DNA from: Burkholderiales bacterium
GTDB taxonomy: Bacteria; Pseudomonadota; Gammaproteobacteria; Burkholderiales; SG8-39
NCBI GenBank assembly: GCA_035651575.1
Contig: DASRFM010000031.1
Span: 67,059-131,058 of the forward strand
DNA length: 64,000 bases
Direction: 5' to 3'
How positions within the stretch are numbered: the first letter of the stretch is position 1; each line of letters starts with the position of its first letter. Below are positions 46,541 to 56,697 of this stretch, piece after piece. The notes beneath the pieces are model-generated. The model was not told where the DNA came from. It did not search any database and saw only the letters and a list, made by a program, of their open reading frames with translations. Made by a program: the position numbers and the translations under genes.

Positions 46541-47950
46541 ATGCGCGTCCTTTTCGTCACCTCCGAATGCGCGCCGCTCACGAAGACCGGCGGCCTGGGC
46601 GATGTCAGCGCCGCGCTGCCTGCCGCGCTCCGCGAGCTCGGGGTCGACGTGCGCGTGCTGCTGCCCGGATACCGGGCCGTGCTGCGCGCGCAGGTGCACG
46701 CCGGTCCGGCGGCCGCCTTTCGGGTCGCGGGCTTCGACTGCCGGCTTCTGGAGAGCCGCCTGCCCGACGGCGTGCCCGTCTACCTGCTCGATTGCCCGCC
46801 GCTCTACGGACGCGAGGGCGGGCCCTACCAGTCGGCCGAAGGCGTCGATTGGCCCGACAACGCGCTGCGCTTCGGTGTGCTTTCCGCCGCGGCGGCGCTC
46901 GTCGCGCAGGGCAGAGGCCCCTCGGGGTGGCACGCCGATCTCCTGCACTGCAACGACTGGCCCGCGGCGCTCGCGCCGGCCTACGCTCCCGACTGCCCGA
47001 GCTTGCTCACCATCCACAACCTCGCGTTCCAGGGAAATTTCGCGCCCGACGTGCTGCACCCGCTCGGGCTGCCGCCGGAGCTCTACGCGCCCGAGCGGGC
47101 GGAGTTCTACGGCAAGCTTTCCTTCCTGAAGGCGGGAATCGTCTGTGCGCACGCGATCGCGACCGTCAGCCCGACCTACGCCGCGGAAATACGCACCGAG
47201 GAATTCGGCTGCGGCCTGCACGGCGTGCTCGAGCGGCGCAAGGCCGAGCTGCACGGCATCCTGAACGGCATCGACACGCGCGAATGGGATCCGGCGACGG
47301 ACCTGCGCATCGAGCAGAACTACGATGCCGGCTCGCTCGAGCGCAAGGCGGCGAACAAGGCGGCGCTGCAGCGGCGCCTGGGCCTGGCTGCGAATCCCGC
47401 GGTGCCCCTGCTGGGGGTAGTCGGACGGCTGACTCACCAGAAGGGCATTGACCTCATCGCCTCCGCGGCGGACGAGCTCGCTGCGCTGCCGGCGCAGCTC
47501 GCGATCCTGGGCAAGGGCGAGCGCGAGCACGAGATCGCCGTAGCGGCGTGCGCCGCACGCCATCCCGGACGCATCGCGGCGGCGATCGGCTTCAACGAGG
47601 ACCTCGCGCACGCGATCGAGGCGGGCGCGGATGTCTTCCTCATGCCCTCGCGCTTCGAGCCCTGCGGCCTGAACCAGATGTACAGCCAGCGCTACGGCAC
47701 GCTTCCCGTGGCGCGCGCGACCGGCGGCCTCGTCGACACGATCACGGACGGGGAGACCGGCTTTCTCTTCAGGCCGGCGGAGACCGCCGCGCTCGTCGGC
47801 GCGGTGCGCCGGGCGCTCGAGGTCCACGCGCGGCCGGCGCAATGGCGCGCGCTGCAGCGCGCCGCCATGGCCCGCAACTTCAGCTGGTCAGCGGCCGCTC
47901 GTCAGTACGCCGCTCTTTACCGCCGCCTCGCCACGCCGGTAGCGGCATAG
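46541..47950 (+). CDS. glgA: Glycogen synthase
   Basis: MRVLFVTSECAPLTKTGGLGDV and SRFEPCGLNQMY motifs. Confidence 0.9.
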   Translation: MRVLFVTSECAPLTKTGGLGDVSAALPAALRELGVDVRVLLPGYRAVLRAQVHAGPAAAFRVAGFDCRLLESRLPDGVPVYLLDCPPLYGREGGPYQSAEGVDWPDNALRFGVLSAAAALVAQGRGPSGWHADLLHCNDWPAALAPAYAPDCPSLLTIHNLAFQGNFAPDVLHPLGLPPELYAPERAEFYGKLSFLKAGIVCAHAIATVSPTYAAEIRTEEFGCGLHGVLERRKAELHGILNGIDTREWDPATDLRIEQNYDAGSLERKAANKAALQRRLGLAANPAVPLLGVVGRLTHQKGIDLIASAADELAALPAQLAILGKGEREHEIAVAACAARHPGRIAAAIGFNEDLAHAIEAGADVFLMPSRFEPCGLNQMYSQRYGTLPVARATGGLVDTITDGETGFLFRPAETAALVGAVRRALEVHARPAQWRALQRAAMARNFSWSAAARQYAALYRRLATPVAA

Positions 47951-48911
47951 CGGAGCCGGCCTCGGCCGGCTCTTCCGCATCGGCGTCGACCTGCTCCGCG
48001 TTCCAGGCGCGCAGCTTCGCGAGCAGCGCCGCGTCGTGCTCGCCGCGGATCGGCCAGCGGCGGTTCCAGAGGTTGAAGCGCGGGCGGTGGCCCATCGCGT
48101 CCTGCTGTGCCGCAGCGAGCGCGCTCAGCGTGCCGACGTCGCGCCAGTACGCAGCCTCCTCGCAATCGAGCAGCCCCGGAATGCGGTTCGCCGCGAAATC
48201 GTAGGCGTACAGGCGTGCGTGGCCGGCAAGCCGGGGCAGCAGGTCTCGGCCGAAGTCGGTGTCGCCCAGGCGCCGCGACTCGCGCAGCAGCCGCTCGAGC
48301 GCACGCGGCTCGAAGAGGTAGTTGCCCATCGAGGCATAGGCGCGCTGCGGGTCGTGCGGGATGGGGGCGGGCTCGCGCGGCTTCTCGCGGAACGCGAGCA
48401 CGCGGCCGTCGGCGCCCGTGGACAGCACGCCGAAGGACGAGGCCTCGCGCAGCGGCACGGCGAGTGCCGCGACCGTCATGTCGGCGCGGCGCGCGGCGTG
48501 GAAGTCCACCATCTGCCGCACGTCCATGCGGTAGACATGGTCGGAAGCGAACACCGCCACGGCGTCGGGAGCGTGCGCCTGGACGACGTCGAGGTACTGG
48601 TAGACCGCGTCCGCGGTGCCCTTGAACTGGCCGGCCAGCGTATTGGAGCGCGGCAGCAGCACCTGGATCAGGCCCTGCGAGCCGGCGAACCACGGCGCCC
48701 AGGCGCGCGAGATGTGCTCGATGAGCGATGCAGGCTTGTACTGCGCGAGCACGTAGATCGTGTCGATCCTCGAGTTCACGAGGTTGCTCAGCACGAAATC
48801 GATGATCCGGTAGCCGCTGGCGAAGTGCAGCGCCGGCTTGGCGTGCTCCGCGGTGAGCGGGTAGAGCCGCGAGCCTTCTCCTCCAGCCAGTACAAGCGCG
48901 ACGATTTTCAT
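47880..48911 (-). CDS. glgC: Glucose-1-phosphate adenylyltransferase-like protein lacking the C-terminal left-handed beta-helix domain (possibly a remnant)
   Basis: MKIVALVLAGGEGSRLYPLT, KPALHFASGYRIIDF, FKGTADAV, YWRDVGTL and RRWPI are present. The sequence then diverges and stops after about 60 aa. The 3' end overlaps glgA by 71 nt. Confidence 0.65.
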   Translation of the reverse strand: MKIVALVLAGGEGSRLYPLTAEHAKPALHFASGYRIIDFVLSNLVNSRIDTIYVLAQYKPASLIEHISRAWAPWFAGSQGLIQVLLPRSNTLAGQFKGTADAVYQYLDVVQAHAPDAVAVFASDHVYRMDVRQMVDFHAARRADMTVAALAVPLREASSFGVLSTGADGRVLAFREKPREPAPIPHDPQRAYASMGNYLFEPRALERLLRESRRLGDTDFGRDLLPRLAGHARLYAYDFAANRIPGLLDCEEAAYWRDVGTLSALAAAQQDAMGHRPRFNLWNRRWPIRGEHDAALLAKLRAWNAEQVDADAEEPAEAGSAMPLPAWRGGGKERRTDERPLTS

Positions 48912-49099
48912 GTAGCGGTGCCTTTCTCTTCGCGGAAATTCGTGGAAAGAGTTCTTGCCGACGATGATAGAGAGCACGACACGAAGTCACTATCGCCCGG
49001 ACTGGATTCCGCGCGTAGCGCCGACCTGACCCGTGGTAGTCGCCATGCGACAGGAAATTCGCCGCCGCGCGATAGCCCGCGCTCACGGCCCGCCCTACG

Positions 49100-49744
49100 A
49101 TGGTCCGGGCCATGAGCGCGTTCCTGCAGAGAGGGCTCTACGGCATCGCGGCGGCGCTGCTTCTGGTCGCGGGCACCCGCGCAGCGCATGCGCCCGTGGA
49201 TGCGCCCTTCGCCTCCTGCGTGCCCGACGCCGCCGAGGCGCCGCAAGGCGCCGCGAGCGATCCCGCGCAGCGCACCCTCGCCGGGTACCTCGCGCGGCGC
49301 TTCACCATCGCCCCCGAAGCGGCGCAGCGCATCGTCGGTGCGGCGTTCGACGCGGGGGACGCCTCGAGCCTCGACCCGCTGCTGCTCCTCGCCATGATCG
49401 CGGTGGAGTCGCGCTTCAATCCCTTCGCGCAGAGCGACAACGGCGCGAAGGGCCTGATGCAGATCATTCCCAGGTACCACCTCGACAAGCTCGCGCCCCT
49501 CGGCGGCGAGTCCGCGGTGCTCGATCCCGAGGCCAACATCCGCGTGGGGGCGCAGATCCTGCAGGAATACGTGGCGCGGGCCGGAAGCCTGGAGGCGGGC
49601 CTGCAGGTCTACAACGGCGCCGCCGACGACGCCTCCGCGCAGTACGCGCAGAAGATCCTCGCCGTGCGCTCGCGCCTGGAGCAGGCCGCCTATCCCGGGC
49701 TGCGGCGCGCCGAGATCGCCTTGAACAACGCCAAAGGGAGCTGA
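49100..49744 (+). CDS. Lytic transglycosylase (SLT domain) protein
   Basis: AMIAVESRFNPFAQSDNGAKGLMQI (catalytic E-S motif) and a signal peptide. The start could be 49112. Confidence 0.75.
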   Translation: MVRAMSAFLQRGLYGIAAALLLVAGTRAAHAPVDAPFASCVPDAAEAPQGAASDPAQRTLAGYLARRFTIAPEAAQRIVGAAFDAGDASSLDPLLLLAMIAVESRFNPFAQSDNGAKGLMQIIPRYHLDKLAPLGGESAVLDPEANIRVGAQILQEYVARAGSLEAGLQVYNGAADDASAQYAQKILAVRSRLEQAAYPGLRRAEIALNNAKGS

Positions 49745-49746
49745 CC

Positions 49747-50208
49747 ATGCTGCGAAACGCCCTGCTGCTGCTCGCCGTGTCTATTCCGCTTGCCATCCCG
49801 CTCGCGCCCGCGGCCGCCGCGCCGGAAACGCGCGTCACGGCGGCGGACGTCGCCGAGATCCACGCCGTCATCAACCGGCAGATCGACGCCTTCCGCCACG
49901 ACGACGCGCAGGGCGCCTTCGCGCTCGCCTCGCCGGCCGTGCAGCGCACGTTCCGCACGCCGCAGAAGTTCCTCGACGTCGTGCGCATGGCCTATCGCGC
50001 CGTCTACCGGCCGGCGGCGGTCGCGTTCCTCGATCTCCTCATCCTCGGCGACGAAGTGGTGCAGCAGGTGCAGGTGACCGACCGCGGCGGCATGGTCTGG
50101 CTCGCGTACTACGCCATGCAGCGCCAGGGCGACGGCAGCTGGCGCACGGGCGGCTGCCACCTCGTGCAGCCCGCGCGAACCATACCGGCGGCGCTCCGGA
50201 TCGAGTAA
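49747..50208 (+). CDS. DUF4864-like secreted protein
   Basis: Signal peptide, INRQIDAFRHDDAQGAFALASP and GDGSWRTGGC pattern. Confidence 0.5.
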   Translation: MLRNALLLLAVSIPLAIPLAPAAAAPETRVTAADVAEIHAVINRQIDAFRHDDAQGAFALASPAVQRTFRTPQKFLDVVRMAYRAVYRPAAVAFLDLLILGDEVVQQVQVTDRGGMVWLAYYAMQRQGDGSWRTGGCHLVQPARTIPAALRIE

Positions 50209-50219
50209 CCTCCGGCGGC

Positions 50220-52187
50220 GTGGAAGCTCCCGTCCGGACGGGCGCCAGCGCCGTCTGGCGCGGCCGTCCGTATCCGCTCGGCGCCACCTGGGACGGCTCC
50301 GGCGTCAACTTCGCCCTGTACTCGGAGAACGCCGAGCGCGTCGAGCTCTGCCTCCTCGAGCCGCGCGGGCGCCGCGAGACCGAGCGCATCGAGCTCACCG
50401 AGCGCACCGACTACGTCTGGCATGCCTACCTGCCCGAGGCGCGGCCGGGCCTGCTCTACGGCTACCGGGTGCACGGGCCCTTCGACCCGGCGCGCGGCCA
50501 CCGCTTCAATCCGCGGCGGCTGCTGCTCGATCCGTACGCCCGCCTTGTCGTCGGATCCGTGTCCCAGGTCGTCGACAGCGCCTTCAGCTGGGACGACGAC
50601 CGCCCGCCCCGCGTGCCTTGGGACGAGACGGTGCTCTACGAGCTGCACGTCAAGGGCTTCACGAAGCGCCATCCCGGAATCGGCGACGCGCTGCAGGGCA
50701 CGTACGCCGGCCTTGCCAGCCCCCCGGCGCTCGAGCACCTGCGCCGGCTGGGCGTGACCGCGGTGGAGCTGCTGCCGGTCCACGCCTTCGTCGATGAGAA
50801 GCGCCTGCTGCAGAACGGGCTGCGCAACTACTGGGGGTACAACAGCATCGGCTTCTTCGCCCCCGACCTGCGCTATTCCGCCACCGGCGCCCCGGGCGAG
50901 TTCAAGACGATGGTGAAGACGCTGCACCGGGCCGGCATCGAGGTGATCTTGGATGTCGTGTACAACCACACCGGCGAGGGCGACGAGCTCGGCCCCACGC
51001 TCGCCTTCCGCGGCATCGACAACCTCGTCTACTATCGGCTCGACCCGGCGGACCGGCGCCGCTACGTCAACTGCACCGGGACCGGGAACGCGCTGAACGC
51101 GGAGCATCCGGCGGTGCTGCAGCTCATCATGGACAGCCTGCGCTACTGGGTGAGCGAGATGCACGTGGACGGCTTCCGCTTCGACCTCGCGACCACGCTC
51201 GCGCGCACCGGGCGCGGCTACGACCGCGGCTCGGCATTCCTCGGCGCGGTGCGCCAGGATCCGCTGCTCGCGCAGGTCAAGCTGATCGCCGAGCCCTGGG
51301 ACATCGGCGAGGGCGGCTACCAGCTCGGCAACTTTCCCGTGCGCTGGGCGGAGTGGAACGACCGCTACCGCGACGGCGTGCGCGGCTACTGGCGCGGCGA
51401 CGCCGGCGTGCTGGGCGAGCTCGCGTCGCGGCTTTCGGGCTCGAGCGATCTCTTCGCCGCCGGCGGCCGCGGCCCGACGGCGAGCGTCAACTACATCAGC
51501 GCCCACGACGGCTTCACGCTTCGCGATCTCGTCAGCTACAACGAGAAGCACAACGAGGCCAACGGCGAGGAGAACCGCGACGGCCACTCGGACAACCGCA
51601 GCTGGAACTGCGGCATCGAAGGCCCGACCGACCGCGCCGACATTCTCGAATTGAGGGCAAGGCAGGCGCGCAACCTGCTCGCGACGCTCCTTTTCTCCCA
51701 AGGCGTGCCGATGCTTCTCGCCGGCGACGAGCTCGGCCGCACGCAAGGGGGCAACAACAACGCCTATTGCCAGGACAACGAGACGAGCTGGCTCGACTGG
51801 CAGCCGCCGGCGGACGCGAGCGAGCTCGACGCGTTCGTCGCCGGCCTCATCGCGCTGCGCCGCGCTCACCCCGAGCTGCGCCTGGCGCAATACACGCAGG
51901 ACATCGCCTGGCTGCGGCCCGACGGCGCCGACATGACGCTCGCCGACTGGCACGATGCGGCGCGGCGCGCGCTGGCGATGCGCCATGGCGGCGTCCTCGT
52001 GCTCTTCAATTGCGCCGAAGAGGCGCTCGAGTTCGTCCTGCCGCCCGGCGGCTGGGAGACGCGCCTCGATACCTTCCGCGGCGGCTTCGGGCAAAGCCCG
52101 GCCGCGGGACGCTACGCGCTCGGGGCCCGCGCGCTCGCGTTGCTCGTCAGATCCACGTCATCAGCCCCAGCTCGAACGGATGCGTGA
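50220..52187 (+). CDS. glgX: Glycogen debranching enzyme
   Basis: PLGATWDGSGVNFALYS, NYWGYN, DVVYNHT, GFRFDLA and EPWD GH13 motifs. GTG start. Confidence 0.9.
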   Translation: MEAPVRTGASAVWRGRPYPLGATWDGSGVNFALYSENAERVELCLLEPRGRRETERIELTERTDYVWHAYLPEARPGLLYGYRVHGPFDPARGHRFNPRRLLLDPYARLVVGSVSQVVDSAFSWDDDRPPRVPWDETVLYELHVKGFTKRHPGIGDALQGTYAGLASPPALEHLRRLGVTAVELLPVHAFVDEKRLLQNGLRNYWGYNSIGFFAPDLRYSATGAPGEFKTMVKTLHRAGIEVILDVVYNHTGEGDELGPTLAFRGIDNLVYYRLDPADRRRYVNCTGTGNALNAEHPAVLQLIMDSLRYWVSEMHVDGFRFDLATTLARTGRGYDRGSAFLGAVRQDPLLAQVKLIAEPWDIGEGGYQLGNFPVRWAEWNDRYRDGVRGYWRGDAGVLGELASRLSGSSDLFAAGGRGPTASVNYISAHDGFTLRDLVSYNEKHNEANGEENRDGHSDNRSWNCGIEGPTDRADILELRARQARNLLATLLFSQGVPMLLAGDELGRTQGGNNNAYCQDNETSWLDWQPPADASELDAFVAGLIALRRAHPELRLAQYTQDIAWLRPDGADMTLADWHDAARRALAMRHGGVLVLFNCAEEALEFVLPPGGWETRLDTFRGGFGQSPAAGRYALGARALALLVRSTSSAPARTDA

Positions 52188-54690
52188 GGAGCGCGTTGCG
52201 CGGGTAGATCCGCACGCGGTACTCGAGGCGTCCGGCAAGGCCGGGCTTGAGGTCGATCGCATAGCGCTGCTCGCCTGAATCCATGCCGGAGGCCGGGGCG
52301 AGCTCGTGTCGATGCTCGACCGGCGGCGACTGGTTCTTGCGCGCAAGCAGCAGCTCCACGCACACGTCCTGCGGCGCGAGCCCGTTCAGGCGCACGGCGA
52401 CCTCGACCGGCATGCTGTCGCCGAAGCGCAGCCTCGCCCGCGGCGGGTCCAGCCGGCGCCCCGCGACGCCGGGCCACGCGGCGCGCACCTTCGCCTTCCA
52501 GGCCGCCGCGGCGCGCGCGCCCTCGTAGCCGTTGTCCGAATAGCGGTGCCCCTGGCGCGCCGCCGGCAGGTAGAACTTCGCCAGGTACTCGCCCAGCATG
52601 CGCGCCGCGTCGTAGCGCGGCAGCAGCGAGGCCATGGAGCGCTTGGCGATGCGTACCCACTCGGGCGAGAGCCCGCCGTTCGCCTTGCGGTAGTAGAGCG
52701 GGATCAGCTGGTCCTGCAGGATCTCGTACAGCGTGCGCGCCTCCTCGTAGTCGCGCCGGTGCGGGTCGAGCTCGTGGGAGGCGGGCTTGATCGCCCAGCC
52801 GTTCTCCCCGTCGTAGCCCTCGTCCCACCAGCCGTCGAGGATCGAGAGGTTGATGACGCCGTTGATGCCCGCCTTCATGCCGGAGGTGCCGGAGGCCTCC
52901 AGCGGATGCACCGGGTTGTTCAGCCAGACGTCGACGCCGGAGACGAGACGCCGCGCGATGTGCAGGTCATAGCCTTCCAGGAAAAGCAGGCGTCCCTCGA
53001 ACTCCTCCTGCCGCGCCATGTGGCAGAGCGCGCGGATCAGCTCCTGGCCGGGCTCGTCCGCCGGGTGCGCCTTGCCCGAGAAGAGGAACAGCACCGGCCG
53101 CTCGCGGTCGCCGACGATGCGCCGCAGGCTGTCGAGATTGTTGAAGAGGAGCGTCGCGCGCTTGTAGGTGGCGAAGCGCCGGCCGAAGCCGATGGTGAGG
53201 ACGCTCGGCTTCGCCGGGTCGGCGAAGCGAAGCAGCCGCTCGAGATGCGAGTCGCTGCCGTGGTTGCGGCGGTGCTGCAGCGCGACGCGGTGGCGCACCA
53301 TGTGCAGCATGCGCGCCTTGATGTCCTGGCGCACGCTCCAGAAGATGTGGTCGGGAATGTCGCGGATCTTCTCGAGCACGCCCGGATAGGAGAGCCGGTG
53401 CATCCATCCGGCGCCGAGGAAGCGGTCGAGCACGCCGGCCCATTCCGGGGCGAGGAAGGTGGCGACGTGCACGCCGTTGGTGACGTAGCCGAGCGGGTTC
53501 TCCTCCGGCGACACCTGCGGCCAGAATTCCCTGAGCAGCCGCTGCGACACGCCGCCGTGGATGCGCGAGACGCCGTTGTGATAGCGCGAGCCGCGGATCG
53601 CGAGCGCGGTCATGTTGAAGTCGCCGCCCTGCGGCGGGCGCGCGAGCGCCGCCACCTTCTCGGCCGCGCCGAGCTGCGCGAAGCAGCTCTTCAGGTACGG
53701 GCCGACGGTCGCGTCGGAGAACTGGTCGTGTCCCGCGGGGACCGGCGTGTGCGTCGTGAAGACCGTATTGGCCGCGACGGCCTCGAGCGCCGCGTCGGGC
53801 TCCTGGCCGTCGGCGACCAGCGCGCGCATGCGCTCGAGGATCAGGAACGCGGCGTGGCCTTCGTTGATGTGCCAGACCGAAGGTCGCACGTTCATCGCGG
53901 CGAGCGCGCGCACGCCGCCGACGCCGAGCACGATCTCCTGCTCGACGCGCGTCGTGCGGTCGCCGCCGTAGAGGCGGTGCGTGATGCGCCGGTCGCGCTC
54001 GTTGTTCTCGGGCAGGTCGGTGTCGAGCAGGTAGAGCACCACGTGGCCGACGCGCGCCTGCCAGACCTTCACGATCACCGTGCGGCCGGGGAAGGCGATC
54101 TCGACCCGCGTCTCGGCGCCGTCCTTCTGCACCGGCGCGATCGGCAGGTCGTCGAAGTCCGAGTCGTAGTACTCGGCGCGCTGGCGGCCCTCGCCGTCCA
54201 CGGTCTGCGTGAAATAGCCCTGCCGGTAGAGAAGGCCCACGGCGACGAACGGGATCTGGAAGTCGCTGGCCGCCTTGCAATGGTCGCCGGCGAGGATGCC
54301 GAGGCCGCCGGAGTAGGTGGGCAGGCTCTCGTGCACGCCGAACTCGGCGCAGAAGTAGGCGACGAGGTCCTCGGGGCGGAAGCCGCCCGGGTTCTGCCGG
54401 AAGGGCGACTCCGCGAGGTAGGCGTCGAACGCGGCGAGGGCGCGCATGAAGCCGTCGAGGAACGCCGGATCGGAGGCCGCCTCGAGCAGGCGCTGCTCGT
54501 CGACGCTCTTCAGCATTGCCTTCGGGCTGTGCCCCACCGCGTCCCACAGCGCGGGATTCAGCTTCGCGAAGAGCGCGCGCGTCGGCCGGTCCCAGCTGTA
54601 CCAAAGGTTCGCCGCGAGCTCTTCGAGCCTGGCGAGGCGCTTTGGGATCCGGGGATTGACTTCGAGGGAGTAGCGGGTTCCGCTCGGCAT
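52147..54690 (-). CDS. glgP: Alpha-glucan phosphorylase (GT35, DUF3417-containing type)
   Basis: 847 aa. LANLWYSWD N-terminal domain, GGLGILAGDH, and EASGTSGMKAGINGV (PLP-Lys region). Confidence 0.9.
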   Translation of the reverse strand: MPSGTRYSLEVNPRIPKRLARLEELAANLWYSWDRPTRALFAKLNPALWDAVGHSPKAMLKSVDEQRLLEAASDPAFLDGFMRALAAFDAYLAESPFRQNPGGFRPEDLVAYFCAEFGVHESLPTYSGGLGILAGDHCKAASDFQIPFVAVGLLYRQGYFTQTVDGEGRQRAEYYDSDFDDLPIAPVQKDGAETRVEIAFPGRTVIVKVWQARVGHVVLYLLDTDLPENNERDRRITHRLYGGDRTTRVEQEIVLGVGGVRALAAMNVRPSVWHINEGHAAFLILERMRALVADGQEPDAALEAVAANTVFTTHTPVPAGHDQFSDATVGPYLKSCFAQLGAAEKVAALARPPQGGDFNMTALAIRGSRYHNGVSRIHGGVSQRLLREFWPQVSPEENPLGYVTNGVHVATFLAPEWAGVLDRFLGAGWMHRLSYPGVLEKIRDIPDHIFWSVRQDIKARMLHMVRHRVALQHRRNHGSDSHLERLLRFADPAKPSVLTIGFGRRFATYKRATLLFNNLDSLRRIVGDRERPVLFLFSGKAHPADEPGQELIRALCHMARQEEFEGRLLFLEGYDLHIARRLVSGVDVWLNNPVHPLEASGTSGMKAGINGVINLSILDGWWDEGYDGENGWAIKPASHELDPHRRDYEEARTLYEILQDQLIPLYYRKANGGLSPEWVRIAKRSMASLLPRYDAARMLGEYLAKFYLPAARQGHRYSDNGYEGARAAAAWKAKVRAAWPGVAGRRLDPPRARLRFGDSMPVEVAVRLNGLAPQDVCVELLLARKNQSPPVEHRHELAPASGMDSGEQRYAIDLKPGLAGRLEYRVRIYPRNALLTHPFELGLMTWI

Positions 54691-54778
54691 GTCCGCGCGC
54701 CAATTCTACTCAACGCCTGTTGAGCGCAATGCGCGACAACGCGTGTCGCCGAACGGCTACGCGCTGTAAGGCTTTTTT

Positions 54779-55732
54779 TTACGGAATCGGAACGGCGGAC
54801 AGCAGCTGGGCGCCGACGTCCATGCGGCGCGACGACTCGTGCGCCGGGCGCAGCCGGTGCGCCGCGACGCCGGGGAGGATCGCCTGCACGTCCTCCGGGA
54901 TCACCTTGTCGCGGCCCTCGAGCAGCGCCCAGGCGCGCGCGCAGTGCACGAGCGCGAGCGCCGCGCGGGGCGAGAGCCCGGTCACGTAGTGCGGCGAGCG
55001 GCGCGTATGCTCGACGATCGCCTGCACGTAGTCGAGGAGGGCGGGCGCGACGTGGATCCTCTGCGTGGCGAGCTGCAGCTCCACCAGCTCGGCAGGCGCC
55101 ATGACCGGGTCGAGCGTGGCGAGCAGGTCGCGCCGGGCGGTGCCCGACAGAAGCGCGCGCTCCGCGTCGCGGTCGGGATAGCCGAGCTCGATGCGCATCA
55201 TGAAACGGTCGAGCTGCGACTCGGGCAGGGGGAAAGTGCCGACCTGCTCCGAGGGGTTCTGCGTGGCGATGACGAAGAAGGGCTCGGGCAGGCGACGCGT
55301 CTCGCCTTCGGCGGTGACCTGGTGCTCCTCCATCGCCTCGAGCAGCGCCGACTGCGTCTTCGGCGTCGCGCGGTTCACCTCGTCGGCGAGCACCACCTGG
55401 GCGAAGATCGGGCCGGGATGGAACTTGAACGCTCCGGTGTCGCGCTCGTAGACCGAGACGCCGATGATGTCGGCCGGCAGCATGTCGCTCGTGAACTGGA
55501 TGCGCTGGAAGTTGAGGCCGAGCGTGCGCGCGAGGACGTGCGCGAGCGTCGTCTTGCCGACCCCCGGCAGGTCCTCGATGAGCAGATGGCCGCGCGCGAA
55601 GATGCAGGCGAGCGCGAGGCGCACCTGCGTTTCCTTGCCGAGGATGACGCCGCTCGCCGAGGCGATGATGCGGTCGACCGCGCTCGCGGTCGCGGGCGCG
55701 TTCTTGCTCTGGAATTCCGCCTTCAGCAGCAT
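54779..55732 (-). CDS. MoxR-family AAA+ ATPase
   Basis: Walker A GVGKTT, Walker [23 protein letters not shown], and VIATQNP. Confidence 0.85.
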   Translation of the reverse strand: MLLKAEFQSKNAPATASAVDRIIASASGVILGKETQVRLALACIFARGHLLIEDLPGVGKTTLAHVLARTLGLNFQRIQFTSDMLPADIIGVSVYERDTGAFKFHPGPIFAQVVLADEVNRATPKTQSALLEAMEEHQVTAEGETRRLPEPFFVIATQNPSEQVGTFPLPESQLDRFMMRIELGYPDRDAERALLSGTARRDLLATLDPVMAPAELVELQLATQRIHVAPALLDYVQAIVEHTRRSPHYVTGLSPRAALALVHCARAWALLEGRDKVIPEDVQAILPGVAAHRLRPAHESSRRMDVGAQLLSAVPIP

Positions 55733-55767
55733 GCGGCGATTGTACTCGATGCGCTAACATCCCATGC

Positions 55768-56697
55768 GTGAGCACCGCGTTCGTGACCCACTCCGATTGT
55801 CTCAAGCACGAGATGGGCGCGCATCACCCCGAGCGCCCGGAGCGCCTCGGCGCGATCGAGGACCAGCTCATCGCCTCCGGGCTCGGGCAATACCTCGTGC
55901 GCCACGAGGCGCCGCTCGCCACCGACGAGCAGCTCGCTCGCGTGCATCCGATGGACTATGTGCGCGCCATCCGCGACGCCGCGCCGAGCCACGGCACGGT
56001 GCACCTCGACCCGGACACGGCGATGAATCCGTGCACGCTCGACGCCGCGCTGCGCGCGGCCGGCGCCGGGGTGCTCGCCGTTGACCTTGTTTTACGGAAC
56101 GAAGCGTCGAGCGCGTTCTGCAGCGTCCGCCCGCCCGGCCATCACGCCTGCCGCGCGCGGCCGATGGGGTTCTGCATCTTCAACAACGTCGCGGTCGCCG
56201 CGCGCCACGCGGTGCACGCGCACGGCCTGGAGCGCGTCGCGATCATCGATTTCGACGTGCACCACGGCAACGGCACCGAGGACATCTTCGAGAACGACCC
56301 GCACGTGCTGATGGCCTCGACCTTCCAGCACCCGTTCTATCCGTACAGCGGCACCGACGATCCGGCGCCGAACATGGTGAACGTGCCGCTTGCGGCGGGC
56401 GCCGGCTCGCGGGAGTTCCGCGAGGCGGTCAGCGAAGCCTGGGTCCCCGCCCTGGACTCCTTCAGGCCGCAGCTGATTCTCTTTTCTGCCGGCTTCGACG
56501 CGCACGCCGAGGACGACATGGCGATGCTGCGCTTCGCCGACGCGGACTATGCCTGGGTCACCGCGCAGATGAAGGCACTCGCCGAGCGCCACGCGGGCGG
56601 TCGCATGGTGTCGCTCCTCGAGGGCGGCTACTCGCTCTCGGCGCTGGGCCGCAGCGCCGTGCAGCACATCAAGGTGCTCGCCGGGCTGAACGCCTAG
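55768..56697 (+). CDS. Histone deacetylase-family (class II-like) amidohydrolase
   Basis: [24 protein letters not shown] and LEGGY zinc/active-site motifs. Confidence 0.85.
   Translation: MSTAFVTHSDCLKHEMGAHHPERPERLGAIEDQLIASGLGQYLVRHEAPLATDEQLARVHPMDYVRAIRDAAPSHGTVHLDPDTAMNPCTLDAALRAAGAGVLAVDLVLRNEASSAFCSVRPPGHHACRARPMGFCIFNNVAVAARHAVHAHGLERVAIIDFDVHHGNGTEDIFENDPHVLMASTFQHPFYPYSGTDDPAPNMVNVPLAAGAGSREFREAVSEAWVPALDSFRPQLILFSAGFDAHAEDDMAMLRFADADYAWVTAQMKALAERHAGGRMVSLLEGGYSLSALGRSAVQHIKVLAGLNA

Noticed and set aside
48912-49099. The 9-mer GGAAATTCG occurring twice (about 48934 and about 49054) in the glgC/SLT divergent region.
   Set aside because: There are only two copies of a short motif about 120 nt apart, with no symmetry or positional logic relative to either start. 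This is compatible with chance.
54691-54778. A T8 run (54771-54778) and three short hairpins between glgP and moxR, considered as a terminator or REP-like element.
   Set aside because: On the minus (coding) strand the run is poly-A directly after the moxR stop, not a U-tract following a hairpin. The hairpins are only 4-6 bp and are not followed by U-runs. I found no second copy in the window to support a repeat family.
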